Shown one piece after another: positions 1-8,318 of a stretch of DNA of 64,000 nucleotides (the first letter of the stretch is position 1; each line of letters starts with the position of its first letter). Below the pieces are notes generated by a model. The model made no database searches. It saw only the letters and a program-made list of their open reading frames with translations, and had not been told where the DNA came from. This stretch comes from Terriglobia bacterium. Lineage in GTDB: Bacteria; Acidobacteriota; Terriglobia; 20CM-2-55-15. Both the position numbers and the translations under genes were made by a program. Where the stretch lies: the NCBI GenBank assembly GCA_963664115.2, contig CAXWPJ010000009.1:512001-576000 (forward strand). Direction: 5' to 3'.

Positions 1-243
1 CGCACAACCCGTTATGACGAGCTTACGGTCCGGTTGCTCGGCCTTCCATACCCGGAGTCGGCCGATTTCAGAGAATGCCCGTTCCTCGGCGTGATGCCGA
101 ACGGTACAGGTGTTCATCAAATAGACGGTAGCTTCATCCGGATCTTCGGTAGCCACGAATCCGCGGTCGTTTAAATGACGACCCATTTCATCCGAGTCCG
201 CCACGTTCATCTGGCAGCCATATGTGCGCACGTAGTACTTCAT
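1..243 (-). CDS. miaB: tRNA methylthiotransferase MiaB, N-terminal part (runs off the window)
   Basis: Manual translation from ATG at 243: MKYYVRTYGCQMNVADSDEM...LMNTCTVRHHAEERA...LVITGCA, with the UPF0004 motifs TYGCQMN, NTCxVR and GC. Not in the ORF track. Confidence 0.88.
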   Translation of the reverse strand, partial: MKYYVRTYGCQMNVADSDEMGRHLNDRGFVATEDPDEATVYLMNTCTVRHHAEERAFSEIGRLRVWKAEQPDRKLVITGCA

Positions 244-343
244 TCCAGTCCGTTGATTCTAACCCAATTGATCTTGTCTTTAACTGCAGGTGCGATCACA
301 GACCGCACTTACGGTTTGGTCCTATCTGCGGTAGAGTCAGAAT

Positions 344-616
344 ATGCATGCGGTTCCGATCGAAGACACGATTGACCTGCACACCTTTCGACCGAAAGAA
401 GTGCGGGCCGTTGTGGAAGAGTACTTGTATCAGGCGATCCAGCGAGGTTTCGGAGAAGTTCGGATCATCCACGGAAAAGGAATCGGCGTTCAGAGAGAAA
501 TCGTCCACGCCATCCTCACGAAACACCCGGATGTCGCCGAGTTCAGGGACCTTGGCGATCGCGGCTCAACCGTCGCCCGACTACGCTCGAGCTCCCAGAC
601 TCTGACCGAAACGTAA
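344..616 (+). CDS. Stand-alone Smr (MutS2 C-terminal) domain protein
   Basis: IDLH...VRIIHGKGIG...GST motifs of the Smr domain. Confidence 0.9.
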   Translation: MHAVPIEDTIDLHTFRPKEVRAVVEEYLYQAIQRGFGEVRIIHGKGIGVQREIVHAILTKHPDVAEFRDLGDRGSTVARLRSSSQTLTET

Positions 617-773
617 CCCGAATCGCAGTTTCCGACGACTGATCTTGCCCGTCATTCATCACTTATCACTTTCCCCATGCTTGCAGATTGAACTTTCTAA
701 AGCCCTTTGCTAATCTCAGTGGGCTGCACCGCCGATGGAAAAGGTGCGGTCTTGTGCACACCCGTGCCGTTGG

Positions 774-846
774 TCCTCAGTAGCTCAATCGGTAGAGCAT
801 CCGGCTGTTAACCGGAGGGTTGTAAGTTCGAGTCTTACCTGAGGAG
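774..846 (+). tRNA. tRNA-Asn(GTT)
   Basis: Acceptor TCCTCAG/CTGAGGA, D arm GCTC..GAGC, anticodon arm TCCGG-CTGTTAA-CCGGA, T loop TTCGAGT, discriminator G; CCA not encoded. Confidence 0.96.
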
Positions 847-925
847 CTTTATTTTCAGTAAGTTGCAAGTCCTCATTTCCCTTCGATTTCTCACCGTGCC
901 TATTTTGTGCCTACCCTATTCCCTT

Positions 926-957
926 AAGAATCTGGAACTTCAAGAATCTAGAACTTC
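926..957. repeat. 16-bp tandem repeat x2 (AAGAATCT[G/A]GAACTTC) downstream of the tRNA
   Basis: Copies at 926-941 and 942-957 with one mismatch. Confidence 0.8.
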
Positions 958-1153
958 AACCGCACTAACAAGATAGTCAGGAGCCAAATGAGCGTACCGC
1001 TCAGTCATTTTACTGCTTCTATGACCAAGCAGCCGCTGCACCGCGAGCAAGGAAACACCCTTCATGACTGTAGCCCGTCAGAGCATTTCGTACGAAATAC
1101 CCTAAAAAACTAAGAGACACTTTTCTAATCAGAACGATCTGAAGGAGGATCGA

Positions 1154-1519
1154 ATGAGTGAGAAAGTGTCGGCAGAGAATCGGGTACGAGAGATTCGTCG
1201 AAAGACGCGCAAGAAGTACTCGTCTGAGGAGAAAGTGCGGATCGTGTTGGAAGGGTTGCGAGGCGAAGAGAGCATCGCAGAACTGTGCCGACGCGAAGGG
1301 ATTCCGTCAAATCTGTATTACCGGTGGAGCAAGGACTTCCTGGAGGCGGGGAAGAAACGGCTGGCTGGGGACACGAAGCGGGAAGCGACATCGAGCGAAG
1401 TCACCGAGTTGCGGCAGGAAAACGATCAGTTGAAGCAGGTCGTGGCCGAAATACTGCTAAAGAATCGTTTTCTGAAAAAAACGTTGAACGTAACGGACTC
1501 CGAGAGCATCGATATATGA
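1154..1519 (+). CDS. IS3-family transposase OrfA (HTH)
   Basis: RKKYSSEEKVRIVLEGL...IAELCRREGI..NLYYRW HTH followed by a zipper; A7 run at 1475-1481 is a candidate -1 frameshift site. Confidence 0.9.
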   Translation: MSEKVSAENRVREIRRKTRKKYSSEEKVRIVLEGLRGEESIAELCRREGIPSNLYYRWSKDFLEAGKKRLAGDTKREATSSEVTELRQENDQLKQVVAEILLKNRFLKKTLNVTDSESIDI

Positions 1520-2499
1520 GGCAATCGGGATCTGAGAAGCTGGAGACGATCCGAGTGGTGGAAGACTCGGAGTTGTCGGTGACAGCGACCCTCCGGGAGC
1601 TGGGCGTCCCCCGCAGCACGTTCTACGGTTGGTATCGACGATACAAAGAGCGTGGCGCAGCCGGCTTGTTAGATCGGCATTCCGGCCCCGGCTTCTGCTG
1701 GAACCGGATTCCGGGACCGGTGCGGGAACAGGTGGTCGAAACCGCGTTGAACCACCCGGAAGCCTCACCGCGGGAACTGGCCTGGCAGATCACCGACACC
1801 CAGGACTACTTCATCTCCGAATCCAGCGTGTATCGGATTCTGAAGAGATGCGACCTGATCACCAGTCCCGCATACATCGTGATGACGGCCAGCGATCACT
1901 TCCAGCAGCCAACCCGGCGTGTGAACGAACTCTGGCAAACTGATTTCACTTACTTCAGGGTCGTCGGTTGGGGTTGGTACTACCTGTCGACCGTGCTGGA
2001 CGATTACTCTCGCTACATCATCGCCTGGAAGCTCTTTCAAACCATGGCCGCATCTGACGTTCAGGACACGCTGGACGTTGCACTACAGGCGACAGATGTC
2101 GGACAAGTACAAGTCCGGCACCGACCGCGATTGTTGAGCGACAACGGCCCCTGCTACGTATCGCACGAACTCAAAGACTATTTACAACGTCGTGGTATGG
2201 AACACACCCGGGGTGCGCCCTATCACCCGATGACACAGGGCAAGATCGAACGCTATCACCGTTCGATGAAGAACGTGGTCAAGTTGGAACACTACTATTA
2301 TCCGTGGGAACTTGAGCAGGCGATCGCGCAATGGGTCGAACACTACAACCACCATCGGTATCACGAATCTCTGAACAACGTGACACCGGCTGACGTGTTC
2401 TTCGGGAGGGATCAGCAGATCCTTGCACGTCGTGACCAGATCAAAAGAAAAACGCTGGCTCGACGCAAAATCGAGAACCTTAGGATTGGAGTGGTATAA
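1285..2499 (+). CDS. IS3-family transposase OrfB (rve/DDE); functional part from about 1475-1516
   Basis: WQTDFTY...LDDYSR...LSDNG...GKIER integrase core; in the -1 frame relative to orfA. Confidence 0.92.
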   Translation: MPTRRDSVKSVLPVEQGLPGGGEETAGWGHEAGSDIERSHRVAAGKRSVEAGRGRNTAKESFSEKNVERNGLREHRYMRQSGSEKLETIRVVEDSELSVTATLRELGVPRSTFYGWYRRYKERGAAGLLDRHSGPGFCWNRIPGPVREQVVETALNHPEASPRELAWQITDTQDYFISESSVYRILKRCDLITSPAYIVMTASDHFQQPTRRVNELWQTDFTYFRVVGWGWYYLSTVLDDYSRYIIAWKLFQTMAASDVQDTLDVALQATDVGQVQVRHRPRLLSDNGPCYVSHELKDYLQRRGMEHTRGAPYHPMTQGKIERYHRSMKNVVKLEHYYYPWELEQAIAQWVEHYNHHRYHESLNNVTPADVFFGRDQQILARRDQIKRKTLARRKIENLRIGVV

Positions 2500-2558
2500 C
2501 TTCAAAACCGTCTCTTAGCTAAATGGTCTTTTTGTCCGAATTATTCTGACGACGTACA

Positions 2559-2823
2559 CGGTCGAAACCAACCACAAGGATCCATCCTCATCACTTTGAA
2601 TCTTGATGGCCACGCTGAGCCCCTTCAACTCCGACAACGGCATTTGAGCCCAGTCATGGCTACATCCAGAGAGCAGCGAGAGCAATTGCGACTTGTGCTC
2701 CTTGGCCAAGGCCATCACGTCAGCCGGTAGCGGTTCCAGCGCCCGGAATTTCAACTTGTCGCCCTGTGCGACTACGGAACCCCCTGCGTCGTGGATCCGC
2801 TCTAAGACTTCCTGCGCAGTCAT
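2559..2823 (-). pseudogene. Small TubC_N-like protein of satellite replication modules, C-terminally cut by the IS
   Basis: MTAQEVLERIHDAGGSVVAQGDKLKFRA...KEHKSQLLSLL; ATGA overlap with the upstream gene; frame runs into the IS end at 2558. Confidence 0.55.
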
Positions 2824-4304
2824 AATTCGTCCTCCCAAACAGTACCCTTTCCCTCGGATACCCCGTTCTCACACGTAACATGCGTAACATCGCTGATTTC
2901 ATGCGACTTGTCGTTTTCTGTACCCGTAACATTTGCTCCAATTGTTACGGGTTGAGAATCCTCCAAGCCATTTGTTTTGTTCGTTGTTACGGGTGTTACG
3001 GTTTTAAGGGGGAGGTAGCGGATAAAGGCATCCTCGAACCACGAGAGTTCGTAGCCTCTCGCCAATCCAGAACCGAAACGAATCGGCTTCGGGCGGATGC
3101 CGAACGGCTTCAGAAGCCTAGCAATTTGGAGCGACGTAATCGGATTCCCCTTTCTCCACTCCGGCCACGGATGTTCTTCTATTTTTCCCAAGTCCTCGAC
3201 AAGACTGGCAGATTCGATACGATCGACGGCGCGTTCTTTGAAGATTGCTTTGATGTCGGCAAGCAGTAGGGTTCGGGCAGACTCTTCGTCTTCACCTCGT
3301 GCGCCCGATAATTCCAAGGCAGCTATCCGCGCCAGTTGCGGCCATCTTCCGCCCGCGAAATCTGCGATAGAAAGCAACGGGCGCCAATTATCCTGTGCCC
3401 TGTCGTCCAGACTTTCGGGAACTGCGGGGTCAGACGATGTGATGTCCATGCGGTGATCGTCTGCCCATCGTGCAACCTTCCGCCGGATCGGTTCTAGTTC
3501 ATCGGATAAACGGTCAAACTGTATGCGATCCACGGACTCACTGGCAGTTCGTCGCCGCATGGAAATCGCAATGGACCTGTCCATCAAAGTCTCTGGCAAC
3601 TTGCCTATACAGGCGATGGCTTTTGGACACCACGTGCTAAACACCGTCGGGGTATGGTCGTCGCCCGTTGTGCGTAGGACTCTTGCTGTTGACTTCCTAT
3701 GGCCGCTGTTTAGGATGCCGCGCAGTTCATCATGGGAGCCTAGGAACGTGTCGGCCTCGTCAATTAACAATGTTGGCTTGAACACTTCTACTGCCCGGAA
3801 TATCGCCGCCGGAGTGCAATTACTAGTCGGTAATGGCCGCGCGACCAGCATTGATGTCAGTTCCAGGAGCGTCGTCTTGCCACATCTTTTTTCCGGACTC
3901 AGGATTCCGAGGTTAGGACAGACACCAAAGCTGTCGAAGATATAGGTGAGGAGTATCCACAGCGTGATCGCCGTAATGGACTCGTCAGACACGACGACGA
4001 AGCGGCGAATCGTTAGCGCGATCGTATTTAGGAGTTCGCCCAGGTTCACGGCATCCGGCCAAGGCTCCGGGTCCGTTAGCACTAGCCCTCCTTCTGTCTC
4101 TTCTGAATGTGACTTCGGACGACGTTTCAGCACCTCACCGTCGAGCGTTCCAACGCGGACACCGAGTCGCTTTGCAACCGATTCCCGGCGGCGGTCATAC
4201 TCGATGGGAGACAACAATGCGAGTCCTTCGAAGACATCCTCATCAGCCTGTGATAGGCACGCCAGTTCCGACATTTCTTCTGCTGTCGGTTCAGGCTGCT
4301 GCAT
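2820..4304 (-). CDS. DUF3631-domain replication protein (primase/helicase-type ATPase)
   Basis: Walker A SPEKRCGKTT, Walker B LLIDEAD, LRGILNSGH, DRAQDNWRPLLSIAD, PFGIRPK..RGY; AGGAGG RBS before ATG 4304. Confidence 0.85.
   Translation of the reverse strand: MQQPEPTAEEMSELACLSQADEDVFEGLALLSPIEYDRRRESVAKRLGVRVGTLDGEVLKRRPKSHSEETEGGLVLTDPEPWPDAVNLGELLNTIALTIRRFVVVSDESITAITLWILLTYIFDSFGVCPNLGILSPEKRCGKTTLLELTSMLVARPLPTSNCTPAAIFRAVEVFKPTLLIDEADTFLGSHDELRGILNSGHRKSTARVLRTTGDDHTPTVFSTWCPKAIACIGKLPETLMDRSIAISMRRRTASESVDRIQFDRLSDELEPIRRKVARWADDHRMDITSSDPAVPESLDDRAQDNWRPLLSIADFAGGRWPQLARIAALELSGARGEDEESARTLLLADIKAIFKERAVDRIESASLVEDLGKIEEHPWPEWRKGNPITSLQIARLLKPFGIRPKPIRFGSGLARGYELSWFEDAFIRYLPLKTVTPVTTNKTNGLEDSQPVTIGANVTGTENDKSHEISDVTHVTCENGVSEGKGTVWEDEL
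2874..3000. repeat. Symmetric heptamer array (3x CGTAACA, 3x TGTTACG), putative replication origin
   Basis: Copies start at 2874, 2883, 2925 and 2943, 2985, 2994 (spacing 9,42 | 42,9). Confidence 0.75.
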
Positions 4305-5043
4305 GTGCCACCTCCTTGTGCTCCCGCCATACATCAAGGTGCTGACCTGCGTCTTTCAGGCTCAGCCGGTCGAAGTCGTACTTCAGTGCCGTCGTCGTGT
4401 GATACGCAGTTGCCAGCGCAGTCCACGCAGTCTCCGAGTCCGGATCAATGGCGAGAAGGATGCCTGCGTCAGCGACCAGACTGTCGGTGCGCCTCATGGT
4501 GAGGCATACCTGCGTCAGAGTCCGCTGTCTCCAACGTTCGAGACCTATCAGGGCACGTTGCCTCCGTTCAGTCGCTGGGTCAGGTTTCTTAGCCACTTTA
4601 GGCGAATCGAAAAGATCTGAGAGCGTGAGGCCAACGGCTTTAACCATTTCTTCGGCCGTAGACCCACCGAAGTCGTGGAGGAGAAGTTTTCCGTGCTGCT
4701 CGTCGTACCTTGCCGATCCAGATGGGTGCTTGTCCTTACGTGTGGGCACGCTGAAGATCCAGCGGTTCCGTGCTACTTCTTTGAAGTAGTCGGTTCGGGA
4801 AAGAAACCGTTTGGCTGTAGTCACTGGGACGACTCGCTGAAGCGCTCGATCAGTTCGCGAATGTCCGAAACGCGTCAAGCTGTAGTTCGGGGGCCAAGCT
4901 TGACGGGTTTTGGGTATCGTCCGGCTCGAACGCCGTCCCACCAACTGGAACGGCCGACTGGGATGACCTGCAAGATTTGAGGAAGGCGTACAAATCCGAT
5001 TTCGGGGAGTGAGGTTTGGACCTTTTCGATTGTCATGGGCCAA
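4291..5043 (-). CDS. Primase zinc-binding-like domain protein lacking the cysteine ligands (true start probably downstream of 5043)
   Basis: VPTRKDKHPS...GKLLLHDFGGSTAEEMVKAVGLTLSDLF aligns by eye to the CPAHxDxxPS...LLHCFAGC...LGLxxxDLF motif. Confidence 0.6.
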   Translation of the reverse strand: MAHDNRKGPNLTPRNRICTPSSNLAGHPSRPFQLVGRRSSRTIPKTRQAWPPNYSLTRFGHSRTDRALQRVVPVTTAKRFLSRTDYFKEVARNRWIFSVPTRKDKHPSGSARYDEQHGKLLLHDFGGSTAEEMVKAVGLTLSDLFDSPKVAKKPDPATERRQRALIGLERWRQRTLTQVCLTMRRTDSLVADAGILLAIDPDSETAWTALATAYHTTTALKYDFDRLSLKDAGQHLDVWREHKEVAHAAA

Positions 5044-5075
5044 GGTTGGCCCACATGAGTCAGAAAATTAGTTAA

Positions 5076-5654
5076 TCAAATTGGACGAAGTTGCTTAACC
5101 GCCAAGGCAATACTCTCCTTCAGTTCGCCCTTTGGTCTGGTCAACTTCAGTCTGCGCAGTTCTCCCTTCAGGCGGTCATCATCCCATTCGACGGGAGGAT
5201 CGAAACACATAAGTAGCTCAAGAATTTCGCTGTTGCTTAGCATCATCAACCCAGATTCGAGTTCCGGGTTGAGGAGCGGTAACGGCCAATTCAAGAATAA
5301 GAACATCTTCGTTTGAAGACTCGATAGCAAGCGTTTGTCCAGTGAACGTTTGCTTTGTCCACACAGAGAACCCATGATTTCTCCAAGAAACCGCTGGTCG
5401 TCCTCTATGATGGCCGTTCTGCAGCGATCTTGGATCTTAGGATCCAGCCGCAGACAATCTGGAAACACAGATGCAATCTTGACCATCCCAGCGTCACCTT
5501 GATCGGTGATTTCATAGTGGCGCTGGCTGAACCTGAGGACGCAGAAAAAGTCGAGCAGCCTAAACGCTGTAATGCCACGGAGTGCGCTCGTGTCTAATCC
5601 ATTCCATCGTGCCGCCAGAACAATGTCGGCGAGTTGATCGAAAGTCTTGATCAT
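5076..5654 (-). CDS. Hypothetical protein translationally coupled to the integrase
   Basis: ATGA overlap with the integrase stop at 5651-5654; no recognisable motif. Confidence 0.5.
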   Translation of the reverse strand: MIKTFDQLADIVLAARWNGLDTSALRGITAFRLLDFFCVLRFSQRHYEITDQGDAGMVKIASVFPDCLRLDPKIQDRCRTAIIEDDQRFLGEIMGSLCGQSKRSLDKRLLSSLQTKMFLFLNWPLPLLNPELESGLMMLSNSEILELLMCFDPPVEWDDDRLKGELRRLKLTRPKGELKESIALAVKQLRPI

Positions 5655-6856
5655 GCGCGGATCCTCACAACCTTCGACTGCATTGCTGTCGCGAACGTTG
5701 CCCACGTCTCCATCAGATTGCGTCTCTTCTCGAACAAGTCTGTCCGGCGATAGGCCGCTTCAGTCTTGTCCTTCACAACGTGGGCGAGCGCTGCTTCAGT
5801 GGCGGTCCGCGGGTAGTTCGTGCGTTCTTCAGCCCAGTCCCGAAAACTCGACCGAAAGCCGTGGGCTGTAATATCGGCACGATCCATGCGCCTCAGTGTC
5901 ATCAAGAACGCCATGTTCGAGAGAGGCTTGTTCGGTGTCTGGCCGGGAAAGATCAGTTCACCTCCATCTGAAATCTGTTTTGCCGCTCTGAGTATTTCTA
6001 GGCATCGCAGGCTCAACGGTACGCGATGTTCTCGACCGGCCTTCATCCGGGAGGCAGGGATACGCCAGGTTTTTGTCTTCAAATCGATTTCGGGCCAGGT
6101 GGCGCTGATGACTTCGTTTGTCCGGGCAACCGTCAATATGAGAAATTCGAAGGCCAGCTTTACAGACTCACGGGAAGCGCTCTGACAAATGGCATCGATG
6201 AAAGTTGCAACCTCTTCGTAAGGCAGAGCGGAAAAGTGTCGTCGAGTGGTTGGTTGCTTCGGCAGCACCATTTTCAGACCATCTACCGGATTGTCGCCCG
6301 ACCGGAAGCCTGAGGCTTTGGCCCAATCGAAAACGGCCCTAATCCGCTGGCGCACCCGCCGCGCAGTTTCCGGCTTCGTCAACCAGAACGGTTCCAGCGT
6401 CTTCAGTACATCTGAAGTCTCTACGTCATCCAGTCGTTGATCGCCGAACATAGGAAACACGTAAACTCTCAGTGTGTTTATCCACTGCAAGGAGTGTTTC
6501 GAGTTCTTGAAAGATGGGGCCAAACGGGCGTGTACCTTTTTCGCTGCCTCCTCGAATGTAGGCACAACGCGGCGCTCCTTGCGACGTTCAGCCAGCGGAT
6601 CGCCGTTCGACCGGGCGATCTTTCTTAAGCGCGCGGCTTCTTCGCGAGCTGCAGCCAAGGGTGTGACCGACAGCCCACCCAACCCAATGTCGCGACGCTT
6701 TCCACGAACGATGGTCCGCAGTATCCATTGCTTGGATGAACCTTTAACAACAAGATAGAGTCCGTTGCCGTCAGCGTACCGACCTGGCTTGGAGACTGTG
6801 CGGACTCGAGTTGCGGAGAGCCCTTTTTCGATATGTTTGCCTTTGCTCTTTGGCAT
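5651..6856 (-). CDS. P4-like (IntA-type) tyrosine integrase
   Basis: Arm-binding N-terminus PGRYADGNGLYL; catalytic ARTNE, HGFRSSFRDW, LAH, AYRR. Confidence 0.95.
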   Translation of the reverse strand: MPKSKGKHIEKGLSATRVRTVSKPGRYADGNGLYLVVKGSSKQWILRTIVRGKRRDIGLGGLSVTPLAAAREEAARLRKIARSNGDPLAERRKERRVVPTFEEAAKKVHARLAPSFKNSKHSLQWINTLRVYVFPMFGDQRLDDVETSDVLKTLEPFWLTKPETARRVRQRIRAVFDWAKASGFRSGDNPVDGLKMVLPKQPTTRRHFSALPYEEVATFIDAICQSASRESVKLAFEFLILTVARTNEVISATWPEIDLKTKTWRIPASRMKAGREHRVPLSLRCLEILRAAKQISDGGELIFPGQTPNKPLSNMAFLMTLRRMDRADITAHGFRSSFRDWAEERTNYPRTATEAALAHVVKDKTEAAYRRTDLFEKRRNLMETWATFATAMQSKVVRIRA

Positions 6857-6860
6857 GCGA

Positions 6861-7011
6861 CCCCACATTCGGTCCCACATTTCTAGTGCGATTTCTTTGG
6901 ATTGTATCGGACGGTAGTAGACAGAAGAGGGGATAAAAAGTCCTAAAAATAGGGGTTTGTCGGATCTTTTCGGATATTATCGGATCTTAGGCAGGCGGAC
7001 TCTTCCTCCGC
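6861..7011. promoter_or_regulatory. Putative att site: arm-type repeats, 10-bp phased repeats and a palindromic core
   Basis: CCCACAT x2 (6862-6880), CGGATxTTxx x3 (6961-6990), GGCGGACTCTTCCTCCGC (6994-7011). Confidence 0.55.
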
Positions 7012-7020
7012 TTTGTTTCT

Positions 7021-7608
7021 TTAGTTTACTGCTGGGTGCTCGTCGGGCGTTTCCGGTGCCGGATCGGGCACTGTAGTGAAAACTGTAAGGACTTCTTTCA
7101 TTCCCGTGCGCTTTTCGGCTTGTTTCACCTTTTCTACTTCGGCGATTTCCTTGGCTGCATTGAAAGCTTCCAGGCGCTTCACTGTTTCAGCTTGGTGCTG
7201 CTCCTGAGGGTGGGCGTACCGCATAACCATATTGAGCTTGCTGTGACCTAGCAGAGCCGCCAGTGTCGTTAGGTCCACACCCGCCTCTGCCGCCCGTGTC
7301 GCCCAGGTGTGCCGACAGTCGTACAGTCGAAATGGGCGGACCTTGGAGTCTCTCAGTGCAGACTTGTGGCCCTTGTCAACGGTCGTGATGTATCGCTGAG
7401 GGTCTTTCCGGTGAGGAAACAGGTAACCGTCTTTCTGAGCTTCCATTCGCCGCTTCAGGACAGCGAGAGCGGTCGCTGTCAGCGGAATCCGCCTCCGGGC
7501 CGCTCTTGTCTTTCCGAAGCGTACAAAAACGTAGCCTTGGACAAGCTCGACGTTATCCACTCGAATCTTGTACACCTCTTCGGGGCGCATGCCCGTTTCA
7601 AGGATCAA
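7021..7608 (-). pseudogene. Tyrosine recombinase catalytic domain, N-terminally truncated
   Basis: ETGMRPEE, YDCRHTWATR, LLGHS, MRYAH motifs; no N-terminal domains upstream. Confidence 0.8.
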
Positions 7609-7715
7609 GGCCGCCGAAGTGGACTCATGGAAGGTTTCCGATCATCGTAAAATAAGGTTCAGCGACGACGGCTGGTGGGGTGTGGGTTGTTGTGATTTGT
7701 TGGGATTTCCGTTCT

Positions 7716-8314
7716 TCACTTCATGAAGGCAGGCCTGTCATCGGCAGGAGCCGGGAGTGCTGGGTCTTTTAGCGGCATGATCCAAGAAGCGGGCATCAGG
7801 GAACGCTCCACCGCGGCCAGGTCTATTTCTGGGTCAACCAACAGTTGCTTTTCTCTGCCCTGGAGGGACGCCTCCGCCAGTACCTGGACTTGAATTTGGT
7901 CGTAGCCCCGGCTACGAAATTCCTCAGCGATAAAGTGAGCGAATTCCCGAATCATATCCGGGTTAGAAGACATCTTGCGCTCCTGCCAGGAGGGAAGAAC
8001 CAGCCCGGGTACGACTCTGTAGGCCTTACGTTCGACCGGATCGACCGCAAAGAATTCCGTTGTCCTCTCCCGCTTGCTGCGAACCATCATGTGCCAGGAA
8101 AAGTTGTGACCTTCCTCGGTCCAACTCACGTTTCCCGGGTACAAAAAGTGGCGAAGTGGCACCAACAATTGCACGATAAGGTAAGGCCTTAGTGACCAAC
8201 AAAGAGCATCATGTGAATGTGCACTCCCGGGTTGTGGCACCAACAATTGAAGTAAAGTCACGAGCGAAGTCTGTTGTCTGCGAAGGTCGAGACCGGCGCT
8301 CAGAGTGCCCTACC
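7716..8314 (-). pseudogene. Vitamin K-dependent gamma-carboxylase-like (HTTM) protein, C-terminal part
   Basis: PLRHFLYPGNVSWTEEGHNFSWHMMVRSK...PDMIREFAHF...SLQGR..LLVDP; local 16-bp duplication at 8156-8171 and 8234-8249. Confidence 0.85.
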
Positions 8315-8318
8315 CTAG

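Larger units (their letters stand above)
1069..2558 (+). mobile_element. IS3-family (IS481-like ends) insertion sequence
   Basis: Imperfect IRs TGTAGCCCGTCAGAGCATTTCGTACGAAA / TGTACGTCGTCAGAATAATTCGGACAAAA(rc); orfA plus orfB; no target duplication visible. Confidence 0.9.
2559..7011 (-). mobile_element. P4-like satellite/integrative element remnant, truncated on the left by the IS3 element
   Basis: Co-oriented integrase, hypothetical gene, primase-like domain, DUF3631 Rep and small gene; att-like repeats upstream of the integrase. Confidence 0.75.
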
